This document shows, piece after piece, positions 9,840 through 19,123 of a stretch of DNA of 64,000 nt; position 1 is the stretch's first letter; every line of letters starts with the position of its first letter. The position numbers and the translations under genes are program-made. The stretch comes from Trueperaceae bacterium (GTDB lineage: Bacteria > Deinococcota > Deinococci > Deinococcales > Trueperaceae): assembly GCA_034521815.1 (NCBI GenBank), contig JAXHLW010000013.1, forward strand, positions 288,001 to 352,000, written 5' to 3'. A model generated the notes under the pieces. That model was given only the letters and a program-made list of their open reading frames with translations. It made no database searches and was not told the DNA's origin.

Positions 9840-10880
9840 GTGCAGCGGACCGCCGTTCGGGCCGTACCGGCCCCGTCGCCACGCTGGACGGTTCGCACCG
9901 CGTCCGCCGTGGGGCTGGCCGCGGTGGTCGTGGCGGCGCTCGCCGTCGGGTCCGTCGCCATCACGCCCGGCGAGGTGGTCGGCGCCATCGCGCGCGGTCT
10001 GCAGGGACGTCTGGACGGAGCGATGGACGTGATCGTCTGGCAGGTGCGGGTTCCGCGGGTGCTGCTGGCCGCGGCGACGGGCGCGGCGCTGGCGCTTGCC
10101 GGAACCGCCTACCAGGCGGTGTTCCGCAACCCGCTCGCCGATCCGTACCTGCTGGGGGCGGCCTCCGGTGCGGGCTTCGGCGCCGCGCTCGCCCTGGTCC
10201 ACGGCGCGACCTGGGCGTGGCTGGGGCTCCTCGGCGTCGGGGGGGCCGCGTTCCTCGTCGCCGTGACCACCGTGGTCGTGGTGGTGCTTCTCGCTCGGCG
10301 CCGGGGCCGGCTTCCCATCGTGTCGCTGATCCTCGCCGGCGTGGTGCTGGGCTCCAGCCTGTCGGCCGCGACGAGCTTCGTGATGCTCGCCGACCGGGAG
10401 CGAACGGCCGGTGTGCTGGCCTGGCTGCTGGGCAGCTTCGCGTTCGCGGGCTGGCGTGACGTCGCGATCCTGGCGGCATGCCTGGTCCCCGCCGTGCCCG
10501 CCGCGCTGGCCGCACGCCGGGCGTTCGATCTGCTTCTGGTGGGCGAGACGTCGGCGCGGCAGCTGGGCCTGCCGGTCGAGCGCTTCAAGTGGACGGTCGT
10601 GCTCGGCGCGACGCTGCTGACGGCCGCCGCCGTGTCGGTCGCGGGCGTGATCGGCTTCGTGGGCCTGATCGTGCCGCATGCGGTGCGCCTCGCCGTCGGT
10701 CCGGAGCACCGCGAGCTGGTCCCGCTGTCGGTGCTCTGGGGTGCGGCCTTTCTGGTCGGGGCCGATCTGGTCGCCCGTACGGTCCTGTCACCCGCCGAGC
10801 TGCCGGTCGGGATCGTGACCGCGCTGGTCGGCGGACCGTTCTTCTTGGTGCTGCTCCGTCGCGGACGGGAGGCGTGGTGA
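9840..10880 (+). CDS. btuC: cobalamin ABC transporter permease (FecCD family)
   Basis: RVPRVLLA, FRNPLADPYLLGAASGA, GVIGFVGLIVPH, ELPVGIVTALVGGPFF. Confidence 0.9.
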   Translation: MQRTAVRAVPAPSPRWTVRTASAVGLAAVVVAALAVGSVAITPGEVVGAIARGLQGRLDGAMDVIVWQVRVPRVLLAAATGAALALAGTAYQAVFRNPLADPYLLGAASGAGFGAALALVHGATWAWLGLLGVGGAAFLVAVTTVVVVVLLARRRGRLPIVSLILAGVVLGSSLSAATSFVMLADRERTAGVLAWLLGSFAFAGWRDVAILAACLVPAVPAALAARRAFDLLLVGETSARQLGLPVERFKWTVVLGATLLTAAAVSVAGVIGFVGLIVPHAVRLAVGPEHRELVPLSVLWGAAFLVGADLVARTVLSPAELPVGIVTALVGGPFFLVLLRRGREAW

Positions 10881-11635
10881 GCCTCGTCGTTCAGGGCGTC
10901 GGCTTCTCGTACGAGGCCGGACCGGAGGTGATCCGCGGCCTGGACGTCGCGTTCCAGCCCGGCGAGCTGGTCGGGCTGATCGGGCCGAACGGAGCGGGGA
11001 AGTCGACGCTGGTGGGGCTGGCGTCCGGCGTGCTCAGGCCCCGCCATGGAACCGTCGAGCTGGACGGACGGCCGCTGCGCCGCTTCGGAAGGCGCGAGCT
11101 GGCCCGCCGGCTTGGCGTCGTGCCGCAAGTGCCGGAGCTGCCCTCCGGCTTCTCGGCCCGCTCCGTCGTGGCGATGGGTCGCGCGCCGCACGTGGGGTTC
11201 TTCGCCAGCGAGGGACCGCAGGATCGCGCGGTGATCGAGGCCTCGATGCGCCGGGTCGACGCCTGGCGCTTCCGTGACCAGCCGGTGGGGTCGCTGTCGG
11301 GCGGCGAGCGACAGCGCGTGGTGTTGGCGCGCGCGTTGGCGCAGCAGCCGGACTGGCTCCTCCTCGACGAGCCCACCGCGCACCTGGATCTTCGCTACCA
11401 AGCGGAGCTGATGCGCCACGCGGCCCGTCTGGCGGGCGAGGGCCTCGGGGTCGTCGCCGTGCTCCACGACTTGAATCAGGCGGCCCGCTGCGACCGGGTG
11501 CTGCTCTTGGACCGTGGTCGGATCGTCGCCGACGGCACGCCGGAAGAGGTGTTGCGCGCGCCGTTGCTCGAACGGTCGTTCGGAACGCGGGTCCGCGTGC
11601 AGCCGGGCGATCGGCCGGTCGTCACCGCCGAGTGA
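10877..11635 (+). CDS. btuD: cobalamin ABC transporter ATP-binding protein
   Basis: GPNGAGKST, LSGGERQRV, LLDEPTAHLD, VLHDLNQA; GTGA overlap with the permease. Confidence 0.88.
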   Translation: MSLVVQGVGFSYEAGPEVIRGLDVAFQPGELVGLIGPNGAGKSTLVGLASGVLRPRHGTVELDGRPLRRFGRRELARRLGVVPQVPELPSGFSARSVVAMGRAPHVGFFASEGPQDRAVIEASMRRVDAWRFRDQPVGSLSGGERQRVVLARALAQQPDWLLLDEPTAHLDLRYQAELMRHAARLAGEGLGVVAVLHDLNQAARCDRVLLLDRGRIVADGTPEEVLRAPLLERSFGTRVRVQPGDRPVVTAE

Positions 11636-11674
11636 CGACCCCCGAGTGACGACGCCCGAGCGGCCCTTCGCACG

Positions 11675-12832
11675 TCAGCTCAGACCGCGATCGTCGCTCT
11701 CGGGGTCGAACCGGTCCTGAACGTGGATCGCCCTCCTGTAGAACTCGACCAGCGCCTCGGTCGCCGCCAGCCAGCCGTGCTGCTCCATGTCTTCGCGCGC
11801 CTGGCGCCCCAGCCTTCTGCGCAGCACGTCGTCGGTCAGCAGGCGCCTGAGCTGCTCGGTCAGGTCGCCCAGATCGCCTGGCGTGAACATCAGTCCGTTC
11901 TCGCCGTGTCGGATGACGTCGGGGATCCCGCCGGCCCGCGCGCCGACGGCGGGGACGCCCGAGGCCATCGCCTCCATCGCCACGAACCCCAGCGTCTCGG
12001 TGTCGGAGGGGAATGCGAACACGTCCGCGCTGGCGTAGGCCGAGGCGAGCTCCTCGCCGGACAGGTACCCCGTGAACACCGTCGGCGTCCCTGCGAACCG
12101 CTTCTCGAGCTCCTTTCGAGCCGGTCCCGAGCCCACGAACGCCAACCGCACGTCCCCTAGCTGCGTGATCGGGGCGTACAGCCAGTCCAGCCGCTTCTCG
12201 AACGACAGGCGACCGACGTACAGCATCAGCGGCTTGTCGGGCTCGCCGTCCGAGAGCCGGCTGCGCATCGCCTGGCTCCTGAGAGCCGGCCGGTACAGCT
12301 CGGTGTCCACCGCCTTCGGCCACAGCCGTACCCGCTCGATGCCCAGGCCTTTGGCCGAGTTCACCATCGGCATGCTGGTGCACAGGTTCACGTGCGCCTG
12401 GTTGTGGACGTCACGCAGGAACCGGTCCGAGATCGGGGACAGGAACGGGAGCTTGAGGTGCTTGGCGTACTGCGTGATGTCGGTGTGGTAGCTGGCCAGG
12501 AGAGGAAGCCCGCGCTGACGAGCGACCATCGTGCCCCACAACCCCAAGATCACCGGATTCACGACGTGCACGACGTCGGGACCGAAGCGGTCGAGCTCGC
12601 GCCCGATCCGGGGCCGGGGCAGGCCGAGGAACAGCTCGGGGTACCACGGCCAGAACGGCACGCTGGGCACGCGCACCACCCGGTGCCCGGCAGCCTCGGC
12701 CGGCGGCCGGCCGGGGGCGAAGATCAGCGCCTCGTGGCCGAGCTCGGTCAGCTTCTCGAGGCTTCGAACGACGCGGGTGACCACGCCGTCGATCTTCGGC
12801 AGGAACGTCTCGGTGAAGAGCGCGATACGCAC
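11675..12832 (-). CDS. sqdX: GT4 glycosyltransferase, sulfoquinovosyldiacylglycerol synthase SqdX/SQD2-like
   Basis: RIALFTETFLPKIDGVVTR, ASYHT, FPSDTETLGFVAMEAMASG; SD AGGAGGG; directly downstream of sqdB. Confidence 0.85.
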   Translation of the reverse strand: MRIALFTETFLPKIDGVVTRVVRSLEKLTELGHEALIFAPGRPPAEAAGHRVVRVPSVPFWPWYPELFLGLPRPRIGRELDRFGPDVVHVVNPVILGLWGTMVARQRGLPLLASYHTDITQYAKHLKLPFLSPISDRFLRDVHNQAHVNLCTSMPMVNSAKGLGIERVRLWPKAVDTELYRPALRSQAMRSRLSDGEPDKPLMLYVGRLSFEKRLDWLYAPITQLGDVRLAFVGSGPARKELEKRFAGTPTVFTGYLSGEELASAYASADVFAFPSDTETLGFVAMEAMASGVPAVGARAGGIPDVIRHGENGLMFTPGDLGDLTEQLRRLLTDDVLRRRLGRQAREDMEQHGWLAATEALVEFYRRAIHVQDRFDPESDDRGLS

Positions 12833-12855
12833 GCGGTCGTCCCTCCTGGAGCGCC

Positions 12856-14052
12856 TCAGTCGTCGCTTGACGGCACGCCGGGCTTCTGGCGGCGCGTCCA
12901 GGTGGCGGTGGCGGGGATCTTGGCGCGGTCGGCGCGGTGGGCGTACTTGCGGGCGACGCTGGTGACCTCTTCGAGCAGGCCGGCTTCGAGGGTGGTGGGC
13001 TCCAGGCCGAGGTCGAGGAACAGGTCGTTCTTGACGTGGAGGTCGTTCTCGCTGTCTTCGTTGCGGGGGTTGTCGACGTGGGCGACGTCGGCGCCGGCGA
13101 TGTCGGCGACGATCTTGGCGAGGTCGCGGACGCGGTGGGTTTCGGTCATCTGGTTGAGGATCTTGACGCGTTCGCCGCGCTCGGGTGGGTTTTCGAGGGC
13201 GAGCTGGATGCAGCGGACGGTGTCTTGGATGTGGATGAAGGCGCGGGTCTGTCCGCCGGTGCCGTGGACGGTGAGGGGGTAGCCGACGGCGGCTTGCATG
13301 AGGAAGCGGTTGAGGACGGTGCCGTAGTCGCCGTCGTAGTCGAAGCGGTTGACGAGGCGTTCGTCCTGGTCGGTCTCGCTCGTGTGGGTGCCCCAGACGA
13401 TGCCTTGGTGGAGGTCGGTGATGCGGAGGTGGTCGTTCTTGGCGTAGTACGCGAAGAACAGCTGGTCTTGGGTCTTGGTCATGTGGTAGATCGACCCGGG
13501 GTTGGCGGGGTAGAGGATCTCTTGGCGGACGGTGGTGCCGTCGTCGGTGGTGACGTCGACGGGGAGGTAGCCTTCGGGGATCTTCATGCCGGCGGTGCCG
13601 TAGCCGTAGACGCCCATGGTGCCGAGGTGGGCGAGGTGGACGTCGAGGCCGGATTCGACGATCGCGGCGAGCACGTTGTGGGTGGCGTTCAAGTTGTTGT
13701 CGACGGTGTAGCGCTTGTGGGCGCTGCTTTTCATGCTGTAGGGCGCGGCGCGTTGTTCGGCGAAGTGGACGATGGCGTCGGGCTTCTCGTCTTGGATGAG
13801 GGTGAGCAGGCGGTGGTAGTTCTTGGCGACGTCGAGGCGTTCGTAGCGGATGTCGCGTCCGGAGACTTCTTTCCACGCCTTCTGGCGGGTGCCCATGTGT
13901 TGGATGGGGGTGAGGCTGCCGGCTTCGAGCTCGTTGTCGATGTTGCGGCGGCTCAGGTTGTCGACGATGGTGACGTCGTGGCCGAGGGCGCTGAGGTGCA
14001 GGCTGGTGGGCCAGCCGCAGAAACCGTCGCCGCCGAGGATGAAGACCTTCAT
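12856..14052 (-). CDS. sqdB: UDP-sulfoquinovose synthase
   Basis: LGGDGFCGWPTSLHLS, HFAEQRAAPYSMKS, HLGTMGVYGY, RITDLHQGIVWG, NRFDYDGDYGTVLNRF. Confidence 0.95.
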   Translation of the reverse strand: MKVFILGGDGFCGWPTSLHLSALGHDVTIVDNLSRRNIDNELEAGSLTPIQHMGTRQKAWKEVSGRDIRYERLDVAKNYHRLLTLIQDEKPDAIVHFAEQRAAPYSMKSSAHKRYTVDNNLNATHNVLAAIVESGLDVHLAHLGTMGVYGYGTAGMKIPEGYLPVDVTTDDGTTVRQEILYPANPGSIYHMTKTQDQLFFAYYAKNDHLRITDLHQGIVWGTHTSETDQDERLVNRFDYDGDYGTVLNRFLMQAAVGYPLTVHGTGGQTRAFIHIQDTVRCIQLALENPPERGERVKILNQMTETHRVRDLAKIVADIAGADVAHVDNPRNEDSENDLHVKNDLFLDLGLEPTTLEAGLLEEVTSVARKYAHRADRAKIPATATWTRRQKPGVPSSDD

Positions 14053-14137
14053 TCGGACCTCCGAGGGAAGTGGAGATGCCGCGAGGACGCGCGCTGCGCC
14101 CGCGGAAACGACCGACTGTACCACCGCTCGACCCGGC

Positions 14138-15370
14138 TCAGGACTCGCCTTTGGGCCCAAGCCGGAACCGTCGCCGCCACGCTCGCAAGCGGCGCTGGAG
14201 CCACCGGCGCCGGTACGGATCGGCCCCCGCCCTCCACTCGCCGCTCTTCACGAACGAGCCGATCACGATCGACGCGATGAAGAACGGATGGAGCACCGCC
14301 CAGGCAGCCAGACCCGGACCCACCAGGTCGTCCCGGTCCAGCTGCCGCGCGCCGATCGCGACGCCGACCACCTCGATCCCGATCTCCGCCAGCCACAGCG
14401 CAGCCACCCACGGCGCCAGCTCCGGCACCGCCGGCGTGACGACGACGGCGGCCGAAAGCGCGACGGACTGGAACCCCAGCAAGGCGATCGAGGCGAGAAA
14501 CCCCGGGTGGTAGTGCATCGGATGGTGGTACCTCGACACCCAGCGCCGACGCTGCAGGTAGAACGCCCGCCAGCTGGACACCGGTTGCGTCAGCACCCGC
14601 GTCTCCGGGCGGCTCGCGAACACGATGCGGCTTCCGGGCAGCCGGCCGAGACGCTGCGTGAGCAGGTCCTCGTCGCCGCTCGGCGCACGACCGGTCGCGC
14701 CGAAGCCGCCGGCGGCCTCGAACGCGTCGCGACGGTACGCCTGGTTGTTGGCGCTCGACGCGAACTTCCAGCCGAACCTCGTGAGCGAGCGCGAGACCAA
14801 CATCAGCGACAGCCAGTCGATCGTCTCGAACCGATGCAGGAACCGATCCACCCCGCCCCGCCGGGTCGTCTCGACATAGCCGACGACCATCGTCACCCCC
14901 GGCGCGAAGTGCGCCACCATCCCCTCGAGCCAGCCGCTCGGGTAGCGACAGTCGGCGTCGCTGGTCACGATGATCTCGCCGCTCGAGGCGTCGATGCCGT
15001 GCCTCACGGCGTTCACTTTGGGGGCCAGCCGGCGGTCCGGCACCTCGACACGCACGCTTCGGATCCGGGGATCGCGAGCGGCCGCGGCCGCGATCACGTC
15101 GGGGGTGCCGTCGCTGGATCGATCGTCGACCACCACGAACTCGGCGTCACCGGGGTAGCTCTGCGCGGACAAGGACGCCAGGGTCGGCGCCAGATCGTGC
15201 TCCTCGTCGTGGGCGGGCACGATCACGCTCACCGAGGGTCGCCGGCTCACCAGGCGCTCCTCGCCGCGGCGGAACAGCCCGACGAACGCGAGGCCCATCA
15301 GTCCCACGTAGGGAAGGGCGAGAGCGTAAAGAACGACGACGAACGCAGCGAGCAAAGCGACGACCTCCAA
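14138..15370 (-). CDS. GT2 membrane glycosyltransferase
   Basis: SVIVPAHDEE, VVDDRSSDGT, TSDADC, SGDEDLL, QRRRW motif, flanking TM helices. Start (TTG 15370) is uncertain. Confidence 0.85.
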   Translation of the reverse strand: MEVVALLAAFVVVLYALALPYVGLMGLAFVGLFRRGEERLVSRRPSVSVIVPAHDEEHDLAPTLASLSAQSYPGDAEFVVVDDRSSDGTPDVIAAAAARDPRIRSVRVEVPDRRLAPKVNAVRHGIDASSGEIIVTSDADCRYPSGWLEGMVAHFAPGVTMVVGYVETTRRGGVDRFLHRFETIDWLSLMLVSRSLTRFGWKFASSANNQAYRRDAFEAAGGFGATGRAPSGDEDLLTQRLGRLPGSRIVFASRPETRVLTQPVSSWRAFYLQRRRWVSRYHHPMHYHPGFLASIALLGFQSVALSAAVVVTPAVPELAPWVAALWLAEIGIEVVGVAIGARQLDRDDLVGPGLAAWAVLHPFFIASIVIGSFVKSGEWRAGADPYRRRWLQRRLRAWRRRFRLGPKGES

Positions 15371-15426
15371 CGACGCGGCGAACCTACCACGACCCCCTAT
15401 CCGAGGCCGCCGAGGTAGCCTTCGGC

Positions 15427-17757
15427 ATGCCGGCATCCACCCCCCTCCGCGAGGCCGGGCCGCCGGACGGGTACGACAGCTTCCACGGCTGGCTGCGCGA
15501 GCTCGACGAAGGGCAGGGGCGCATCGCCGTCCACGCGTTCGTGCCGCCGCGCGGTGGCGACCCGGCGAGCGAGGTGGCCGGACCGTGGGCCCCGCTGGCC
15601 GCGCGGCTGGGGCTGCGTCCGTGGCGGCACCAGGCCAGCGCCTGGCGTCACCTCGCGGACGGACGGGACGTGGTTCTCGCCACGCCCACCGCGTCGGGCA
15701 AGTCGCTCGTGTATCAGCTGCCGGTGCTGCAGGCGGCCGGCGACGGCCGTACGGCGCTGATGCTGTTCCCGACCAAGGCGCTGGCGGGCGATCAGCTTCG
15801 GTCGCTCCGCTCGCTCGCCGGCGCGCTAGGTCAGGACGCCGTCTCCGACCGGTACACCACGTACGACGGCGACACGCCGCGCGCTGCGCGTCGCGGACGC
15901 CGCGAGCAGGCCGCCGTCGTCGTGACGAACCCGGACATGCTGCACCTCGGCATCCTGCCGTTCCATTCGGGCTGGGCGTCGTTCCTGGCTCGCCTCGACG
16001 TGATCGTGGTCGACGAGCTTCACGCCTACCGCGGGGTGCTCGGCAGCCACGTCGCGAACGTGCTTCGCCGGCTTCTCCGGATCGCGGAGAGCTACGGGGC
16101 CGCGCCCAGGATCGTGGCCGCCAGCGCCACGATCGCGAATCCGGCCCGGCTGTTCGAGGCGTTGACCGGGCGGACCGCTGTCGCGATCGACGTCGATGCG
16201 GCGCCGCACGGCGCGCGGGAGGTGGTGTTCTGGGAGCCACCGGCCCGGAACGGCGACGGGGACAGGCGTCGGAATCCTGTCGCCGAGGCGGCGGATCTCG
16301 CGGTCGCGTTCGCCCGGGCGGAGCTCAAGAGTCTGTTCTTCTGCAACTCGCGACGGGCGGCCGAGCTCCTGGCCCGCTACGCCTCCGCACGGCTGGGCGA
16401 CGCCGAGTCGTGGCGCGTCGACGCGTACCGCGCGGGGTACGACGCCGCCGAGCGACGCCGGATCGAGCACGACTTCGCCGCAGGGAGGATCACGGTGCTC
16501 GCGGCGACGAGCGCGCTGGAGCTCGGCGTCGACGTGGGCGGGGTGGACGCGGTGGTCATGGTCGGCTATCCGGGCTCGTCGATGTCGTTCTGGCAGCGCG
16601 CGGGCCGCGCGGGCCGCAGCGGGGCGCGGGCGCTGACGCTGCTCGTCCCCGGCGACGATCCGCTGGACGACCACTACCTGCGGCATCCAGGGCACATCCT
16701 GGAGGGCGCGGTCGAGGCGGCGGTCGCCGACGGCCACAACGACGTGATCCACGCGGCGCACTTGCCGTGCGCCGCGGCCGAGATCCCGCTGGCCGCTCAC
16801 GAGGCGTGGCTCGCGCCCGGGATCGACCTGGACGGGGTGCCGGGGTTGCATCGCGTTGGCGAGCGTTGGCTCGCCAGCGGCCGTTTCCCGCACCGGCGGG
16901 TGTCGTTGCGGGGCGGCGGCGTGGGGCGCGTTCGTCTGGTCGAGGCCGCCGAAGGCCGCTCGCTGGGAAGCGTGGACGTCGCTCGGGCCGTTCGGGAGCT
17001 GCACGTCGGCGCGGTGCACCTGCACCGGGGCGATCCGTACCTGGTCGTGGAGCTGGACCTGGAGGCGCGGCGCGCGACGCTGCTGCCGCACATCGAGGAT
17101 TGGTACACGCAGGTTCGCGGCGAGACCCGGGTGGAGGTGCTCGAGAACGGCGTCGACGGCGACGTCCGCCTGGCGGCCGAGCTGGGCCTGGAGGCCGGCG
17201 TGTCGGTGGGCCGCGTCCGCGTCGTGCACGAGGTGTCCAGCTACGTGCGCAAGCGCTACCGCACGGGCGCGATCCTGGAGGAGCGCCTCCTGGACCTGCC
17301 GCCCGAGTCGTACGAGACGCAGGCGGCCTGGCTGGCGATGGCGGACGAGGCCCGCTCGGGATCGGTCGCGCCGGAGACGTTCGCCGCGGGGATGCACGCG
17401 CTGGAGCACACCCTGATCGGTCTGCTCCCAGCGTTCGTGCTGTGCGAGCGAGCCGACGTGGGCGGCGTGTCCTACCCGTGGCATCCCGAGCTTGGGCAGC
17501 CCACGCTGTTCGTGTACGACGGCGCCCCGGGCGGCGTGGGCTACGCCGCGGCCGGGGCGAGCGTCGCGCTGCGCTGGCTGGACGCCGCGCGCGAACGGCT
17601 CGAGGCCTGCCCGTGCCGGGCGGGCTGTCCTCGCTGCGTGTTGTCGCCGAAGTGCGGCAACGGCAACCAGTTCCTCGACAAGGCGTCGGCGCAGCGGCTC
17701 GCGGAGGCGTTGCTCGCGCGGCTGGGGCGGAGGCGATCGCTGGTCGCGTCCGCCTGA
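15427..17757 (+). CDS. DEAD/DEAH box helicase with C-terminal DUF1998 Zn domain (Hrq1/YprA/MrfA/SftH family)
   Basis: TPTASGKS, VTNPDMLH, DELHAYRG, SATIAN, ATSALELGVDVG, QRAGRAGR, YDGAPGGVG, CPCRAGCPRC..PKC. Confidence 0.92.
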   Translation: MPASTPLREAGPPDGYDSFHGWLRELDEGQGRIAVHAFVPPRGGDPASEVAGPWAPLAARLGLRPWRHQASAWRHLADGRDVVLATPTASGKSLVYQLPVLQAAGDGRTALMLFPTKALAGDQLRSLRSLAGALGQDAVSDRYTTYDGDTPRAARRGRREQAAVVVTNPDMLHLGILPFHSGWASFLARLDVIVVDELHAYRGVLGSHVANVLRRLLRIAESYGAAPRIVAASATIANPARLFEALTGRTAVAIDVDAAPHGAREVVFWEPPARNGDGDRRRNPVAEAADLAVAFARAELKSLFFCNSRRAAELLARYASARLGDAESWRVDAYRAGYDAAERRRIEHDFAAGRITVLAATSALELGVDVGGVDAVVMVGYPGSSMSFWQRAGRAGRSGARALTLLVPGDDPLDDHYLRHPGHILEGAVEAAVADGHNDVIHAAHLPCAAAEIPLAAHEAWLAPGIDLDGVPGLHRVGERWLASGRFPHRRVSLRGGGVGRVRLVEAAEGRSLGSVDVARAVRELHVGAVHLHRGDPYLVVELDLEARRATLLPHIEDWYTQVRGETRVEVLENGVDGDVRLAAELGLEAGVSVGRVRVVHEVSSYVRKRYRTGAILEERLLDLPPESYETQAAWLAMADEARSGSVAPETFAAGMHALEHTLIGLLPAFVLCERADVGGVSYPWHPELGQPTLFVYDGAPGGVGYAAAGASVALRWLDAARERLEACPCRAGCPRCVLSPKCGNGNQFLDKASAQRLAEALLARLGRRRSLVASA

Positions 17758-17803
17758 GTCGCAGGGGGCGGCGTGAACGATCCGCGTGCTAGACTGCCGC
17801 GCC

Positions 17804-18688
17804 ATGCGCATCGGTTTCGTCACCCGACTTCTCTGGGATCGCTGGGGTCCGTTCTGGAGCCGCCTGCTCCACGCGGCCGGCGCCGAGGTGGTCACGCCCG
17901 ACGCGGAGCGCCTGGAGCGCGCCTCGCACGACCCGCGCCTGGGGGCGGTGTCGGGGCGGGCGTTCCGCGCGGCCGCCGCCGAGGCGATCGCGCTGTCGGG
18001 ATGCGAGCGACTGATCGTGCCCGACCCGAACGTCGGCTACGACGGTGCGAGGGGCAGCGCGCAAGATCCGTTCGTCGCGGACTTCCCGGGAGCCTTGGCG
18101 CAGGCGGTGCCGGGCCTTCCGCCTCTTCTGTCGGTGCCCGCGGACCTGTCGTCGCCCGCGATCGAGAGCTTGGCGATCTCGATCCTGTCGACCGTGTCGC
18201 CGTCGGGCGGGACGGTGCGGCGTGTCTGGCAGACGCATCGCGCCGACCTCAAGACGCCGCGCGCACCGGGCTTGGCGACGGCCAAGCTACCGTCCACGAC
18301 GGTCACGGTCGCTCTCGTGGGGCAGCCGTGGCACCTGGGCGAGCCGCTGCGTGAGCGGCTCGAGAGCCGCGGCGAGCATCTCGTGTCCGCGCACCAGCTG
18401 GATCCGGCAGCGCTTCGCACCGAGGGCTGGCGCGTGGACGAGAGGCTGGCGCCCACCGACGCCGAGGCGCTGGGCGCGGTTCGCCTCTTGGCGCGCCGCC
18501 CCGGCATCGCGCGGCTTCGCATGGTGGTCGATCCCGAGTCCGGCGCCGACGCCTGGCTGGAGCGTCGTGCGCGGAGCCTGGTCCGGCGACCGTTCGAGAC
18601 CGTGGAGCTTCCTGCCGCCGTTCCGTCGAACGACGCCGCGTCCGAGACGGACCGTCCGTCCCCGGACGACGAGGAGCGGACGGCCTGA
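17804..18688 (+). CDS. hypothetical protein (weak resemblance to acyl-CoA dehydratase activase-associated domains)
   Basis: MRIGFVTRLLWDRWGPFW N-terminus; coding-like codon use; -10 TAGACT upstream. Confidence 0.6.
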   Translation: MRIGFVTRLLWDRWGPFWSRLLHAAGAEVVTPDAERLERASHDPRLGAVSGRAFRAAAAEAIALSGCERLIVPDPNVGYDGARGSAQDPFVADFPGALAQAVPGLPPLLSVPADLSSPAIESLAISILSTVSPSGGTVRRVWQTHRADLKTPRAPGLATAKLPSTTVTVALVGQPWHLGEPLRERLESRGEHLVSAHQLDPAALRTEGWRVDERLAPTDAEALGAVRLLARRPGIARLRMVVDPESGADAWLERRARSLVRRPFETVELPAAVPSNDAASETDRPSPDDEERTA

Positions 18689-18691
18689 GCG

Positions 18692-19009
18692 ATGGGCTGG
18701 CTGCTGCTGATCACGTCGCTGGCGTACGCCGTCGTCTCGACGTTCGGCGCCTGGACGGTGGCGCGCAGGCGGCGGGCGCTGGCGTTCACGTTCATGGCGT
18801 CGGCCGCCCTCCTGACGGTCGGCGGCGTGGCCGCCGCCTATCGCGTGCACGAGAGCTGGGTCCTGCTGGCGGCCGGCTCGGTCATCGCGTCGGCCGCGTC
18901 GTTGTGGACCGCACGCCGGGTGCTGGGCCGCGTCGTCGCCCGCAACCACCTGGCGAGGGCCGTTCTGGGCGTCGCGCTCACGGGGATCGCGGCGGTGTTC
19001 CTGCGCTGA
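18692..19009 (+). CDS. small membrane protein (about 4 TM helices)
   Basis: Hydrophobic 105-aa ORF starting 3 nt after the upstream stop. Confidence 0.7.
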   Translation: MGWLLLITSLAYAVVSTFGAWTVARRRRALAFTFMASAALLTVGGVAAAYRVHESWVLLAAGSVIASAASLWTARRVLGRVVARNHLARAVLGVALTGIAAVFLR

Positions 19010-19123
19010 GCGCCGCACCGTGTGCATCGACCCGCGGGCGGCTCGCGACGGGGCGCGCCCGACACCGCGCCCGGCACCGCGCCCGGCACCGCGCCCGACA
19101 CCGCGCGACATCGCGCGCAACAC

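Noticed and set aside
11675-13876. 733-aa ORF suggesting a long N-terminal extension of SqdX
   Set aside because: The extension is an off-frame read of sqdB. The real start is GTG 12832 with a strong SD.
15427-17757. DISARM (DrmB) defence system
   Set aside because: No drmA, drmC, drmD or methylase gene nearby; housekeeping context and native codon usage.
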